Origin: Patescibacteria group bacterium
Lineage (GTDB): Bacteria > Patescibacteriota > Dojkabacteria > GCA-002793355
Direction: 5' to 3'
Assembly (NCBI GenBank): GCA_016860985.1
Contig: BOKM01000001.1
Span: forward strand, 463,462-527,461
DNA length: 64,000 nt
A program made the translations under genes and the position numbers. The notes under the pieces were generated by a model. That model did no database searches. It was not told the DNA's origin and saw only the letters and a program-made list of their open reading frames with translations. Of this stretch, positions 1 to 10,293 are shown in pieces; the first letter of the stretch is position 1; each line of letters opens with the position of its first letter.

Positions 1-1
1 A

Positions 2-697
2 GACCAACATTTGGAGCGTTTTAAAAGCAAGTCGGAGCTTGCGCAGGCTCTTTCAGAAGTTTTTAGTAACAGTAAACCTCAGTCAGTAAAATTCTGCGAC
101 AAGGAAACAATTAATTTAATTGCTCCCTATTATCCAGAAATAAAAGAGATTCGAGTGCCAGAACCACTTACAAACGCGAACATGGTATCACTCTCAGAAA
201 GTAACCAACATAACCTACGATACGCGGTTTCAATTGCAAAGGAACTCGGAGTGCCAGAGGATATACTACACTCTGCAGTACAGAACATAGAACTACCCGA
301 AAGACGGCAACAGATGACCAATCTGTTTGGATTTGAGGCCATAGACGACTCATATAACATTAGCTTTACAACGGCAACCGCAGGAATAAAGGCTGCAAAA
401 GAACTTGCACAACAAAAAAATAAAAAACTGTTAGTAATTACCGCAGGCATTCCAGAATTGGCAAAAAACGAAAAGGATAAGAACAAAGAACTTGGAGTAT
501 TACTCTCTTCACACGCCGACTTTACTATTATCCTTGCAAGTATGTTTGCACAAGAGATAGCAAAAGGGTTTTCGAAAATGGATCACTACGCCATTGTTTC
601 TACGTTGACCGAAACGATTCAATCGGTACTACCTACCTACAATAAAGACGAATGGGTACTTCTTTTGCAGCCAGAGTTGAATGACTTATATTACTAA
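2..697 (+). CDS. murF: UDP-N-acetylmuramoyl-tripeptide--D-alanyl-D-alanine ligase (MurF), C-terminal part; 5' end lies outside the window
   Basis: Mur-ligase C-domain with 'IDDSYNIS' (the MurF DDxYNANP-type signature) and the end of the central domain. No start codon before position 11 in this frame. Lies in a mur/ddl neighbourhood. Confidence 0.75.
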   Translation, partial: DQHLERFKSKSELAQALSEVFSNSKPQSVKFCDKETINLIAPYYPEIKEIRVPEPLTNANMVSLSESNQHNLRYAVSIAKELGVPEDILHSAVQNIELPERRQQMTNLFGFEAIDDSYNISFTTATAGIKAAKELAQQKNKKLLVITAGIPELAKNEKDKNKELGVLLSSHADFTIILASMFAQEIAKGFSKMDHYAIVSTLTETIQSVLPTYNKDEWVLLLQPELNDLYY

Positions 698-1842
698 CTG
701 CCTTTAATAAACTTTTCTACAATATCCGTTGTGTAGTCGATTTCGTAACTCCGTTTTGTTGCAGCATCTTTAATACTTTGCTCAATGGCATCGGTTATTT
801 GCTGCTTAAACTGAATTCCAGTTGCTTCCCACAAGTAAAAGGCAAGAGAGCCAGGAATTGGGTTAATTTCTGTTAGGTAGAGATTATCGTCTTCTGCTGC
901 CATAAAATCTATTCGAACCAAGCCTTTACATCGACATGCGACATATGCCTTTTTCGCAAAATTTTGTATGGTTGTTTTTAGTTGGTCGGAAATCTTTGCT
1001 GGCAGTTCTCTTGTCAAAGAGGCCATTCCACTTCCTCCAGTCTTTTTGGCGCCCTTTTTATATTTGTCCTCAAAGCTTAGGATTTCATCTTTTCCCATTG
1101 GCCTTTCAATTTCGCTAGTTTCAAGTACACCATTTTGCATTCGAACTGAGCAGTTATACTCTACGTATTTGGGTATGAAGGTTTCGATTACCAATTCTGA
1201 ATCAAGATATGACGCCTCAAGCAACATTCTTTTTAAATCGCCTTCGTTGTGAGCAACAGAAATACCAATACTTGAACCTAAATGAGCGGGTTTAATAATT
1301 AGCGGAAGTCCCAACAAAGCGACAGCTTCTTTAGCAATTTGAGCATATCTCTCTCGCAGCGTAAAGGTATCGACACATATTCCAGGAACAGTAGCAATTC
1401 CCGCTTCTTTTACTAACTGCTTGGTAAGTTGCTTGTTCATTGTGAGTACAGAACCTTCTACACCCGATGAGGTAAACGGAATACCGACACTTTCTAATAA
1501 TCCTTGTAAGGCACCACCTTCCCCCAATCCTCCGTGAAAAGCCAGAAAAGCTGCGATTGGATAGATCTTCTGACCAAAGATGCCGCTAAGTTGGATATAT
1601 CCTCCTTTTTCGTCTCTCCCGAACGTTGCATTCTCCCGCCTCTTTTTTAAAAAATCCTTCTTGCTTCCCAGTTCTCCAATAAAGTGGAATTCACCTTTTT
1701 TTGTTACGTAGAGCACTTGAGGAATATACTTTGATTTGTCGAGATGTTCTGCTATTTGTAAGCCAGAAATAATTGAGACTTCGTGCTCAGGAGCAATACC
1801 GCCAAACATAATAAGCACTGAATGCTTTTCTACAGACGCCAT
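694..1842 (-). CDS. ddl: D-alanine--D-alanine ligase
   Basis: ATP-grasp Ddl hallmarks: N-terminal 'VLIMFGGIAPEHEVSIISG', 'LIIKPAHLGSSIGISVA' and 'RIDFMAAEDDNLYLTEINPIPG'. Its 3' end overlaps the murF stop by 4 nt (convergent). Confidence 0.9.
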   Translation of the reverse strand: MASVEKHSVLIMFGGIAPEHEVSIISGLQIAEHLDKSKYIPQVLYVTKKGEFHFIGELGSKKDFLKKRRENATFGRDEKGGYIQLSGIFGQKIYPIAAFLAFHGGLGEGGALQGLLESVGIPFTSSGVEGSVLTMNKQLTKQLVKEAGIATVPGICVDTFTLRERYAQIAKEAVALLGLPLIIKPAHLGSSIGISVAHNEGDLKRMLLEASYLDSELVIETFIPKYVEYNCSVRMQNGVLETSEIERPMGKDEILSFEDKYKKGAKKTGGSGMASLTRELPAKISDQLKTTIQNFAKKAYVACRCKGLVRIDFMAAEDDNLYLTEINPIPGSLAFYLWEATGIQFKQQITDAIEQSIKDAATKRSYEIDYTTDIVEKFIKGS

Positions 1843-1963
1843 GGGGTGGAGATTTTAGCTTAGTATTCAAGTGTACCACACTGCACTATTTTTGAGTTCA
1901 GTACGATACATTGGGCGATTACAAGCTAATCCGCATATTTTTTCTGCATGCTACAATCGAATA

Positions 1964-3355
1964 ATGAAACAATTTCCACAATATGAGGGCAAGAAAGTTC
2001 TAGTATTTGGGCTTGGCCTAAATGATGGAGGACTTGGAATGGTCGATTTTTTTGTAGAGCAAGGCGCAGAAGTAACGATAACCGATGGAAAAACCGAAGA
2101 ACAACTTGCCAGCACACTCGAAAAGCTCAAAGAAAAAGGAGGAACGCTAACCTTTCATCTTGGAGGGCATATTGAAAGTGATTTTACTGATAACGACATT
2201 ATTATTCGTAACCCGGCAATAAAACCAGACAACCCATATCTCAAAATTGCCAAAGAGGCAGGAAAAACGATAGAGATGGAAATGTCCCTCTTTTTTAAAC
2301 TCGCTCCCTGTAAAATCGTAGGAATATCCGGAACAAAGGGGAAGTCAACCACCACAACACTTACCTACCTTATGTTAAAAAAGAAATTCGGCGATTCAGT
2401 TGTACTCGCAGGAAATATAGGCAAGAGTGCGATACGGGAACTACCGAAACTGACAAAAGATAACCTTGTGGTTCTTGAAATGTCGAGTTTTCAGCTAGAT
2501 GCACTTCGTGATGCAAAACTATCTCCCCATGTTTCTCTACTTACAAATATCTACGAAGATCACTTGAATTGGCACAAAGATATGGCTGATTACATCGACT
2601 GCAAGCAGACGATGTTCACTTTTCAAAAAGCAGGCGATATTACCATTTTGAATAGTGATGACCCAAGAGTTCATAATATGGAAAACGCAGCAAAAAAAAC
2701 AGGAGCAAAAGTTGTCACTTTTTCGAGCCAAGAATCAGCCGATTACCAAAGAAAAGAAATGGTGGTTTTTGAACAAAGCAAAGAGCTACTCACACTTGAA
2801 GGAATGATCGTAAATGGCGAGCATAATTTTCAGAATGCACTTGGAGCAATTGCCCTAGCCCGACAGTTTGACGTGACTGTGCCACAAATTTTAGAGGTAC
2901 TTTCAGAATTCACCGGTGTTGACGGAAGAGAACAATTGGTACGAGAAGTAAACGGCATAAAGATTTATAATGATACCACCGCGACCGCGATGGAATCGAT
3001 GTTAGCTGCAATGAACCGCTTTGGGCCACAGTTTCCAAAAAAGATAATAATGATTGCAGGGGGAATGGATAAAGGTATGGATTATTCACAGGTTGCACCT
3101 GTATGGAATACCTACTTAAAAGCGTTAGTTTTATTGGAAGGGACAGCATCTGAAAAAATGGCAACCGTAATGGACTCGAGTACAGTTCCTGTTCACAAAT
3201 ATTTTGGAGTTTTCAAAGACGCAGTAGAAAAGGCCTACTCTCTTGCACAATCTGGGGATATGATTATCCTTTGCCCTGGAGGAACAAGTTTTAATATGTT
3301 TGCAAACGAATTTGACCGCGGCAGACAATTCAACGACTTAGTTAACGCACTCTAA
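1964..3355 (+). CDS. murD: UDP-N-acetylmuramoylalanine--D-glutamate ligase
   Basis: N-terminal Rossmann 'KKVLVFGLGLNDGGLGMVDFFVEQGAEVTITD' followed by the Mur-ligase P-loop 'GISGTKGKSTTTTL'. I chose the ATG at 1964 (MKQFPQYEGKKVLVFGLG) over the longer ORF from 1871. Confidence 0.9.
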   Translation: MKQFPQYEGKKVLVFGLGLNDGGLGMVDFFVEQGAEVTITDGKTEEQLASTLEKLKEKGGTLTFHLGGHIESDFTDNDIIIRNPAIKPDNPYLKIAKEAGKTIEMEMSLFFKLAPCKIVGISGTKGKSTTTTLTYLMLKKKFGDSVVLAGNIGKSAIRELPKLTKDNLVVLEMSSFQLDALRDAKLSPHVSLLTNIYEDHLNWHKDMADYIDCKQTMFTFQKAGDITILNSDDPRVHNMENAAKKTGAKVVTFSSQESADYQRKEMVVFEQSKELLTLEGMIVNGEHNFQNALGAIALARQFDVTVPQILEVLSEFTGVDGREQLVREVNGIKIYNDTTATAMESMLAAMNRFGPQFPKKIIMIAGGMDKGMDYSQVAPVWNTYLKALVLLEGTASEKMATVMDSSTVPVHKYFGVFKDAVEKAYSLAQSGDMIILCPGGTSFNMFANEFDRGRQFNDLVNAL

Positions 3356-3358
3356 ACC

Positions 3359-4726
3359 ATGCATCTAACTCAACAGCAACTATCTGATACATTTAGCAGC
3401 ATTAGAAAAGTCCACTTTATTGGGATTACATCTCCGTTCTGTAGCTTCTCGGCAAGTTACCTCCTTTCAAAAGGTATAACCGTTACCGCTTCGGAAGCGA
3501 ATCAGGATTCAGAGGCCGCACAAAAATGGATTGAAAAGGGGATACTCTTCAAAGGCGGTCATTCTGCCGAATATATTCATGAGGATATTGATTTGGTCGT
3601 TTTTCCAAATGGAATTATTCCTGGAAATCCAGAAGTTGAAAAAACGCAAGAGAGTGGACTTCCTTACGTGTTGGTACAAGAATTGCTCGGTATTATCAGT
3701 CAACAATACAAGACAATTGCAATTGCGGGAACACACGGAAAAACAACGACTACCGCACTCGTTATCTGGTTACTGCACAAAACGATAGGAACACCAAACT
3801 TTATAGTCGGAGATGCAAAAGATAAAATAGCAGAATTAGGAACGAACTGGGAATCTCACCCAGAAAGTGAATACTTAGTAATCGAAGCGTGTGAGTACAA
3901 AAAACAATTTCTTGCCAGAGCCCCCCGTCCATACATTTCGGTAATAACGCATATCGATTTGGATCATACTGATTTCTACCCTAATCAGAGCAGTTACAAT
4001 CAAGCCTTCACAGAGTTTCTATCACACACTACCAATACCATTATTATCGATGATGCAAAGAAAAACGAGAAGGAGGTACTCAGCAATCTTCCCAAGGATA
4101 TAGCGGTAGTATCAACTGCGAATTTGAAAAAAGAGCTCGGTACAATTGAGTCAACTCACTTATTTGGTCATCATAATCAAGAAAATCTTATACGGGCGGC
4201 TGGCGTGGCTAAGGTAATTGGAATCTCCAAGATAGAAGCACTCAAAGCACTTTCACAATTTCCTGGGATTTCTTCCCGTTTTGAATATAAGGGAACAACG
4301 AAACAAGGCACACTTGTTTACAAAGATTTTGCGCATAACCCGCAAAAGATAACGGCCTGTTTGCAAGGCGCCAAAGAGGCCTATCCTAACAAAAAACTTG
4401 TTGTCGTTTACCAACCGCATAACCATGAGCGAACCAAAACGTTTGAAACAGAACTTATCAATTCTCTAAAGCAAGCAGACGTTCTTATCGTCCCAAACAT
4501 TTATTCTTTACGCGAAAGCGCCGATGAACGGGCACTTATATCTGCATCTACATTTGTCCGAAACATTCAAAAAAAATATCCTAACAAAGAAGTATTTTTT
4601 ACTGATGAGTTAGGTGTTTACCCTAAAACGCTTCAAAAGCTAACCACATTCAGCAATCCAAATAATCTGATACTTATTGTAAGCGCAGGTGATGTCGACA
4701 AAATTATTCCGGATCTACTCGGCTGA
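3359..4726 (+). CDS. murC: UDP-N-acetylmuramate--L-alanine ligase
   Basis: MurC N-domain 'HFIGITSPFCSFSASYLLSKGITVTASE' and the P-loop 'IAIAGTHGKTTTTALV'. Starts 4 nt after the murD stop. Confidence 0.9.
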   Translation: MHLTQQQLSDTFSSIRKVHFIGITSPFCSFSASYLLSKGITVTASEANQDSEAAQKWIEKGILFKGGHSAEYIHEDIDLVVFPNGIIPGNPEVEKTQESGLPYVLVQELLGIISQQYKTIAIAGTHGKTTTTALVIWLLHKTIGTPNFIVGDAKDKIAELGTNWESHPESEYLVIEACEYKKQFLARAPRPYISVITHIDLDHTDFYPNQSSYNQAFTEFLSHTTNTIIIDDAKKNEKEVLSNLPKDIAVVSTANLKKELGTIESTHLFGHHNQENLIRAAGVAKVIGISKIEALKALSQFPGISSRFEYKGTTKQGTLVYKDFAHNPQKITACLQGAKEAYPNKKLVVVYQPHNHERTKTFETELINSLKQADVLIVPNIYSLRESADERALISASTFVRNIQKKYPNKEVFFTDELGVYPKTLQKLTTFSNPNNLILIVSAGDVDKIIPDLLG

Positions 4727-5776
4727 TTGGCGCTTAGGTAGTTCGGTTTTCGCTTTTGATTCTTTAGCCGTTGTGCTTTGTTTCTGATTTACCTCAACTT
4801 TCGTAGTTTTTGGTGCAACAGCAAGCCATATTCCTACTACAAACAATAGAAGTGCAACAACGCCTAAATACGAGCCTTGTTGAGCGATTGGAGAGCCAAG
4901 TGTTGTTTGAATAAGTTCGCTCATGGAACCTATCCCCTTACCAAAACCCAGTAAGAGTAAACTCGCAAGCCCAATCGTGCCACCTGTTGCAAAAAAAGCT
5001 GCTACACGTGGGGTAAAGAGAAGCAGAAGTAACATTATAGAGACTACAATTGCGAGCCAAACCATAAGGATTCCTTTATCTAAAAAGGACTTGAGCGAAA
5101 GAAAACGCTGCCTATCCATTTCTGTTGCATTAGAATCGGAGGTTATTCCCTTTACTAGTACTTCGTTGATTTGCGGAAGCTTCATGTACTCTTTGGCTGC
5201 TGCCTCATATGTTGCACGAGATGGAGTTCCAAATGCACAAGGGACTTCCAAAAAATCTTGGGGAGAAATTTTACCAAGCTCTTTGATTTGTGCCGGAGTA
5301 CACGCTTCCAGTGCATCGTACCGAAGTTTGAGGACTGAAACTGCGAGATCTAATTGTTCGGCTGGTGTTCCGCCTGGTTTATACTTCCAAACGAGGGTTG
5401 GAGATTCACCATCTAGCCATGTATAGAAACCCGCCGCATTTGTTTTAAGGTTTTCACCGACAGACTCGGGAGAAAGAATCTTTCTGACGGTTATTCCGAG
5501 GGGAGAACTTTTATTGGCAGCTAACTGCAACGCCTCTTTTAACATGGGGTCGTCAATCGCTGTCGAAGACGAAGCACTTTCAAGTAATCCATTTACAAAG
5601 GCTTCGACTGAGTCTTTATCAGAAGCAAACGCATTAATCCATGCAAGTCCACTCTCTTTTTTGAAGAGTTCTTGCCCTGCAATCGAAAGTGGAATCGTCA
5701 CCACTACCGCGACAATTAAGGACATTCCCAGAAACAAACCTAACAACCAACGCATAATTGCAAAAAGTGTATTCAT
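4715..5776 (-). CDS. hypothetical integral membrane protein
   Basis: N-terminal TM helix, a ~200-aa soluble middle region and several C-terminal TM helices. No recognisable catalytic motif. Its 3' end overlaps the murC stop (convergent). Confidence 0.5.
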   Translation of the reverse strand: MNTLFAIMRWLLGLFLGMSLIVAVVVTIPLSIAGQELFKKESGLAWINAFASDKDSVEAFVNGLLESASSSTAIDDPMLKEALQLAANKSSPLGITVRKILSPESVGENLKTNAAGFYTWLDGESPTLVWKYKPGGTPAEQLDLAVSVLKLRYDALEACTPAQIKELGKISPQDFLEVPCAFGTPSRATYEAAAKEYMKLPQINEVLVKGITSDSNATEMDRQRFLSLKSFLDKGILMVWLAIVVSIMLLLLLFTPRVAAFFATGGTIGLASLLLLGFGKGIGSMSELIQTTLGSPIAQQGSYLGVVALLLFVVGIWLAVAPKTTKVEVNQKQSTTAKESKAKTELPKRQSAE

Positions 5777-5827
5777 GTATCAGTGTAACAAATAATCAAA
5801 AACCTGCAAATTTGTTACAATTGCAAA

Positions 5828-6559
5828 GTGGCTAAACCTCTTATCACAATAGTTACCTGCACAAAGAATCAAGGGAAATATTTACCAGAGTTATTACAAT
5901 CGCTTACCACACAGCAAAAAAAGAACTTTGAGCATGTGATCATCGACGGTTTCAGCTCAGACGATACTGTTTCCCTACTAAATAAGTATAAAAAAGAAAA
6001 CGAAACTGCTTTTCCGATACATATCCATCAATTTCCTCCGTTAGGTATTGCTGATGCTATGAACAAAGGTATTCTTCACTCACACGGCGACTGGATAATC
6101 ATAATTCACGGAGATGACTATCTTATCAGCGAGAAAGCGACTGATGTAATAGAAAAAGCAGTAAAAATGAACACTCAATCAGAATGGATTGTTGCTAATA
6201 CGACTCGAAAGTTGTGGGGAATTCGATACACGACCAAAACATTTTTACTAAAGCCAATCTTATTTCGATTGCTCCCCGTCTACAACTTTTTAAACCATCA
6301 GAACATGATTATGAGGCGTGATTTATTCCTAAAATATGGTGGATTTCGAACCGATTTCAAAATCAATATGGATTATGAGTACTACCTACGCCTTTTGCAC
6401 CACGGAGTGATGCCTGCTGCTTTTGACGGGGAGTTTTCAGTCTTTCGAAGGCATGAATCGAGTGCCTCAGCAATGCGAGAAAATCAAGCAACCGTTGTTG
6501 AAGAATTCATAAAACTAAAGCGACAGTACAAGAATACAGTGAAATGGGGCAAAAGATGA
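5828..6559 (+). CDS. family 2 glycosyltransferase
   Basis: 'LITIVTCTKNQGKYLPELLQSL' plus 'HVIIDGFSSDDT' (DxD-type) are typical GT-A/GT2 features. Starts with GTG, preceded by TACAAT 6 nt upstream. Confidence 0.75.
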   Translation: MAKPLITIVTCTKNQGKYLPELLQSLTTQQKKNFEHVIIDGFSSDDTVSLLNKYKKENETAFPIHIHQFPPLGIADAMNKGILHSHGDWIIIIHGDDYLISEKATDVIEKAVKMNTQSEWIVANTTRKLWGIRYTTKTFLLKPILFRLLPVYNFLNHQNMIMRRDLFLKYGGFRTDFKINMDYEYYLRLLHHGVMPAAFDGEFSVFRRHESSASAMRENQATVVEEFIKLKRQYKNTVKWGKR

Positions 6560-6572
6560 TAAGATACCGAAC

Positions 6573-7517
6573 ATGACTCACCTTTCAGGAGAAACTGTCG
6601 CTACTCCACGAGCAACTTCTCAAGAAACAATCAGCAAACGACATGCACTTCCAGATGTTGCGGCACAATTTGCCGACCTAGAAGTTTCTTACGTGCACAC
6701 TCAAAACCGCAATACGTTTGTGCAGTATCGACTTGCCGAGAGTAACCCAGCAACAGCAGAAAACGTAGTACTCGCATTAAACGGAGGTGGAAATAATCCA
6801 TTGCACAACTTTGCACCTTTCGCAAAAAATATCTTGCAATCCGATGCGAACGTCACACGCTTTGTAGCGATGTATTATCCATTACACTACGAAGAACGTA
6901 ACGACGGTAGTGTTTTTGATATTCCAAAAACCATGGAGGATTTAGCTCAAGCGCGCGAACTACTCAATTTACCGCCAAAAGCGCGTATTCATCTTACTGG
7001 TTTAAGCCTGAGTGCCGATCAACTTATTGCCAGCATTGTCGGAGGACAATTACCACAAGAACAGTTTGCCTCCGTAACGCTACTCAGCCCTCTTGCAATC
7101 TTCCCAGAAGGAGAAAAGCATACAAAAGAACTACTCGCTCACTTTGTAGGTGAATCAATGGCGGCAAGAATGCGTGACCGAATAATTGCTACTATCGATG
7201 ATGTTACAAGAGCTTTTGAACTGCCACCGAACATGAAATATTTAGCAGAAACAATAGAACAATTTTTTGAGCAAATGCATCATTACCTAGCAAACCCTAT
7301 TGAACCTGTGAGTAAGATCCCACGTATTACCATGAAATGGGCGACCAAACGGGAGATACTCACCCAAGAAAGGAGAATGCAACTCGCTGCTTTATTAACC
7401 CCATTCACAGATCAACTACAACTCTCTCAGGAATTAATCCCAGGTCGTCACGGTGCGTCTATGCAACCGAAATACTGGAACGATTATTCGAGAGCAGTTA
7501 TCGAAGGTATTAGTTGA
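6573..7517 (+). CDS. hypothetical protein (possible alpha/beta-fold hydrolase, weak)
   Basis: Only a weak 'LALNGGGNN' and a 'HLTGLSLSAD' nucleophile-elbow-like segment. No confident family assignment. Confidence 0.4.
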   Translation: MTHLSGETVATPRATSQETISKRHALPDVAAQFADLEVSYVHTQNRNTFVQYRLAESNPATAENVVLALNGGGNNPLHNFAPFAKNILQSDANVTRFVAMYYPLHYEERNDGSVFDIPKTMEDLAQARELLNLPPKARIHLTGLSLSADQLIASIVGGQLPQEQFASVTLLSPLAIFPEGEKHTKELLAHFVGESMAARMRDRIIATIDDVTRAFELPPNMKYLAETIEQFFEQMHHYLANPIEPVSKIPRITMKWATKREILTQERRMQLAALLTPFTDQLQLSQELIPGRHGASMQPKYWNDYSRAVIEGIS

Positions 7518-8229
7518 TTTCGACTGGGTTTCCGGCGAAGTAGAGCTTCCCTTTTGTAATAACTAAAGCATCTTCGGGTCTAAGGGCAAAACCTTTTACC
7601 CCTTTTGGTAGAAGCTTTTCGACAGCCGGCAGCAGATTATCTTCAAAGTGAGGGTATACTTCAAAATTAACCAACCCTAATGGCTTAAAGTTCATTACCT
7701 GCGGATCACTCTCACCAATAAAGTTAGCTGCCCAATGCGTTGAAGTCGATACGCACATTGCGCCTGCGCTAAAGCCTACGAAGGGCTTACCTTTCTTAAC
7801 AATTTCTACTAAATTTTCCCGAATTCCTGCCTCATCAACTGCATGAAGTAACCTAGAAACAAGCCCTCCACTCATACATATCACATCGCACGTCTCCAAC
7901 GAGCGCAGCAGTATCTCTTTTGGCCACTTTTCTAAATCAAGTTGCTTGAGATACATGTTATTTATGGTCGTAAACTCTTGTAGGTACACATAACTCATGT
8001 CTGCACGTGCTTGATCCAGTCCACCATTCGGAATCAAGACGACTTTTTTATCATCAAGAGAACCACCAAGCATCTTCTCAAGCATTGGCTTCAAAGATTT
8101 AAATAGGTGTTCGGAAGGTAGAATCATATTGAGCGTTTCATCAGGATATGCTCCAATTTCCCTTACAGGCGAGTCTACCGAAAATACCTCTTTGAAGGCT
8201 GCTTTTCCTTTAAATTTGGAATACGACAT
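7510..8229 (-). CDS. peptidase S51 (dipeptidase E / cyanophycinase-like) family protein
   Basis: Class-I glutamine-amidotransferase-like fold with the S51 'ICMSGGLVSRLL' nucleophile region and 'KKVVLIPNGG'. Confidence 0.65.
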   Translation of the reverse strand: MSYSKFKGKAAFKEVFSVDSPVREIGAYPDETLNMILPSEHLFKSLKPMLEKMLGGSLDDKKVVLIPNGGLDQARADMSYVYLQEFTTINNMYLKQLDLEKWPKEILLRSLETCDVICMSGGLVSRLLHAVDEAGIRENLVEIVKKGKPFVGFSAGAMCVSTSTHWAANFIGESDPQVMNFKPLGLVNFEVYPHFEDNLLPAVEKLLPKGVKGFALRPEDALVITKGKLYFAGNPVEIN

Positions 8230-8250
8230 ACACGAAGTATAGCATCACAA

Positions 8251-8811
8251 TTACCTATTTTCCCCAAAGCTCAATCGTTCGCTCGCATTCATATCAATAC
8301 CTTTTGCAGCATATAATTTTGCAATATCGTAATCACCAACATCTTTTCCTTGCAAACCAAGTAACGCTAACCCTTCGTTTACTTTCTCTTTAGAGTTACT
8401 TTCTATCTCTAAGTACGTTTCAAGTTTTGGCCAGGTGCACAGACTAAACTCAATGTCGTTATAGTGAAAAATATGTATTTTCTTCTCTTGATACATAGAA
8501 CGATAAAAGAAGCCAAGTTTTTCGAGAATCTCGGTCGTTTTTTTGAAATCGGAGACTTCTACTTCGATTTCTGTTGTACTTCCAACGGATTCATCATCTG
8601 CCGGTTTATATTTGTAGGTCATTTTGGTAACACCGTTTTCTTGGCGAACTCGAACCCATTTCGTGCCTTCGGTTTTCATATCAAAAAGCATTCGGTATTC
8701 TAAATATTCTGGAGTCTCCTGTGCATTAAGCTCACGCAACTTTGCAATAATTTCGGAAGGATTGATATCGAGAACTTTTGTTTCATATTCGATGTGATTC
8801 ATAATTAGCAT
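8251..8811 (-). CDS. CYTH-domain protein (class IV adenylate cyclase / triphosphate tunnel metalloenzyme family)
   Basis: N-terminal 'IEYETKVLDINPSEIIAKL' (the CYTH ExExK-type opening strand) and size (~186 aa) fit CyaB/CYTH. Confidence 0.7.
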   Translation of the reverse strand: MLIMNHIEYETKVLDINPSEIIAKLRELNAQETPEYLEYRMLFDMKTEGTKWVRVRQENGVTKMTYKYKPADDESVGSTTEIEVEVSDFKKTTEILEKLGFFYRSMYQEKKIHIFHYNDIEFSLCTWPKLETYLEIESNSKEKVNEGLALLGLQGKDVGDYDIAKLYAAKGIDMNASERLSFGENR

Positions 8812-9164
8812 TATGATTTGTTCTTGATTTTCATCAGCGGGTGATTAGCCGCCTCTTTCATTGCCGAGAAATGTGACTCTTCGAGATCAATATCGTAATG
8901 TCGTGCAATTCGAACAAGCATTAGAAAAATATCGGAAAGTTCATCACCAATTTTACTTTTTGTTGCGTTAAACTCTTTGACTGTATCTCTTCCCGCCATA
9001 TAGTACCCTTCGGCAGCTAGGATCATTTTGCTTAATTCTCCAACCTGCTTCATAAGTTCGAGTGTCGCGCCCTCAGCTCCCCACGGTCGTTTTTCCACTT
9101 TTTCAAATGCATCTATCAACACATGTGATGCAGAAATAACCTCTTGAAATGTTTTTGATTGCAT
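8811..9164 (-). CDS. MazG-like nucleoside triphosphate pyrophosphohydrolase
   Basis: All-alpha NTP-PPase pattern 'ELMKQVGELSKMI...EFNATKSKIGDELSDIFLMLVRIARHYDIDLEE' with an EExxE/D-type metal site. Start moved to the internal Met (MQSKTF). Its stop overlaps the CYTH start. Confidence 0.65.
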   Translation of the reverse strand: MQSKTFQEVISASHVLIDAFEKVEKRPWGAEGATLELMKQVGELSKMILAAEGYYMAGRDTVKEFNATKSKIGDELSDIFLMLVRIARHYDIDLEESHFSAMKEAANHPLMKIKNKS

Positions 9165-9232
9165 AAAGGATTGTACTACAAACCATGAATGCAACACGAT
9201 ATTCCAACAATACCAAGTCACCGACATCAGCT

Positions 9233-10291
9233 TCAAGCCAAGCTTGGAAGTGGAATCAAATGTTTAAGTAATTTCCCTTTCTTAAATACCAATTTTCCGC
9301 TAGATGATACTACTCGATCAAAGAATGTGAATAACTCTTGAGGGAGTTTGACAGTACAGAATGGGTTTTCAATTAACACGTACTCCCTATTCCACGGTGA
9401 ATCAGGACCGATATCTTTGAAAAACAATACGGCACTAACTCGTGTTCCCTTTGACGCTGTAAAAATTGGGTCCAAACCAAAAGTCCTCTCACCAAACAGA
9501 GTTATCTTTGCTTCCATTGGCAATTCAACAGCCCAGTCCTCTAGATTAACTGCAATTATAAATGGAGCTTCGATGCTGTATGCGGAAGCTTTTGTCCGAA
9601 TGGTCTTCTGAAATCGAATAAACGGATCATTTCCTATCCAATTCGTTTCTACACCTGTCGAACAAACGAACCTTGTTCTTTTTGGTTCCGTCTTCTTTAG
9701 AAACTTGATTTCAATTTTCCAATCGTCTTGGGTGTACATTATCTGTTCGCTTCCGACATCCATAGCAGTAATACATTGTTTTCTCACTTCAGACACTTTA
9801 ATTGGTGTACTCCCTTTGTTTTGTGTTTCTAACCATCCAAAGAACAGAGTATCTTGCAATGTATTGTTGAGGTAATCAACAAGCTCGTTGAATAATTTAT
9901 CGGATAATTTTTCAGTAGAACTATCGACTGACGAGGTTGCGCACTCGATGTACACCTTTGATTTTCCTCTTGTTGCACAGAAATCAGGAGTTTGACCACT
10001 ACCGACAGAGGGTTCAACTTCAACTGCAAAACCTGTACTAATCAATAATTCTCGAACAAAGAGCTCGAAAAATGCTGGCTTCATATGAGTACGAAATTGA
10101 GAAATGAACCTCTTCTTCAAAGGTTCCGGGTATGTTGAAAACCATTTTTCGAATAGTAGTCTTCTTTGCTCAACCTCAACTCTCGATGATTGATTGTAAA
10201 ACGTGAAGAGATCTTCGGTATACTTCATTGGCCCAGTACGGATTCTAGGAATTTGATCAAAAAGGGTTGGCATATTGGACCAATTGTTCAA
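9233..10291 (-). CDS. hypothetical protein
   Basis: 352-aa ORF with no confident family. A short 'DDWKIEIK' segment is the only nuclease-like hint. The annotated start is 3 nt from the tmRNA 3' end, so the true start may be a downstream Met. Confidence 0.45.
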   Translation of the reverse strand: MNNWSNMPTLFDQIPRIRTGPMKYTEDLFTFYNQSSRVEVEQRRLLFEKWFSTYPEPLKKRFISQFRTHMKPAFFELFVRELLISTGFAVEVEPSVGSGQTPDFCATRGKSKVYIECATSSVDSSTEKLSDKLFNELVDYLNNTLQDTLFFGWLETQNKGSTPIKVSEVRKQCITAMDVGSEQIMYTQDDWKIEIKFLKKTEPKRTRFVCSTGVETNWIGNDPFIRFQKTIRTKASAYSIEAPFIIAVNLEDWAVELPMEAKITLFGERTFGLDPIFTASKGTRVSAVLFFKDIGPDSPWNREYVLIENPFCTVKLPQELFTFFDRVVSSSGKLVFKKGKLLKHLIPLPSLA

Positions 10292-10293
10292 AG

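Noticed and set aside
130-486. Antisense/overlapping ORFs of 60-180 aa inside large genes. Examples: 130-486 and 168-353 inside murF, 17252-18321 inside uvrA, 4923-5426, 27247-27624.
   Set aside because: They lie entirely within well-supported genes on the opposite strand or in alternate frames. They have low-complexity translations and no motifs. They are typical six-frame noise.
5828-10291. Genomic island inserted at the tmRNA 3' end
   Set aside because: No integrase, no duplicated ssrA 3' segment and no obvious GC shift were found. It is kept only as a low-interest note inside the tmRNA finding.
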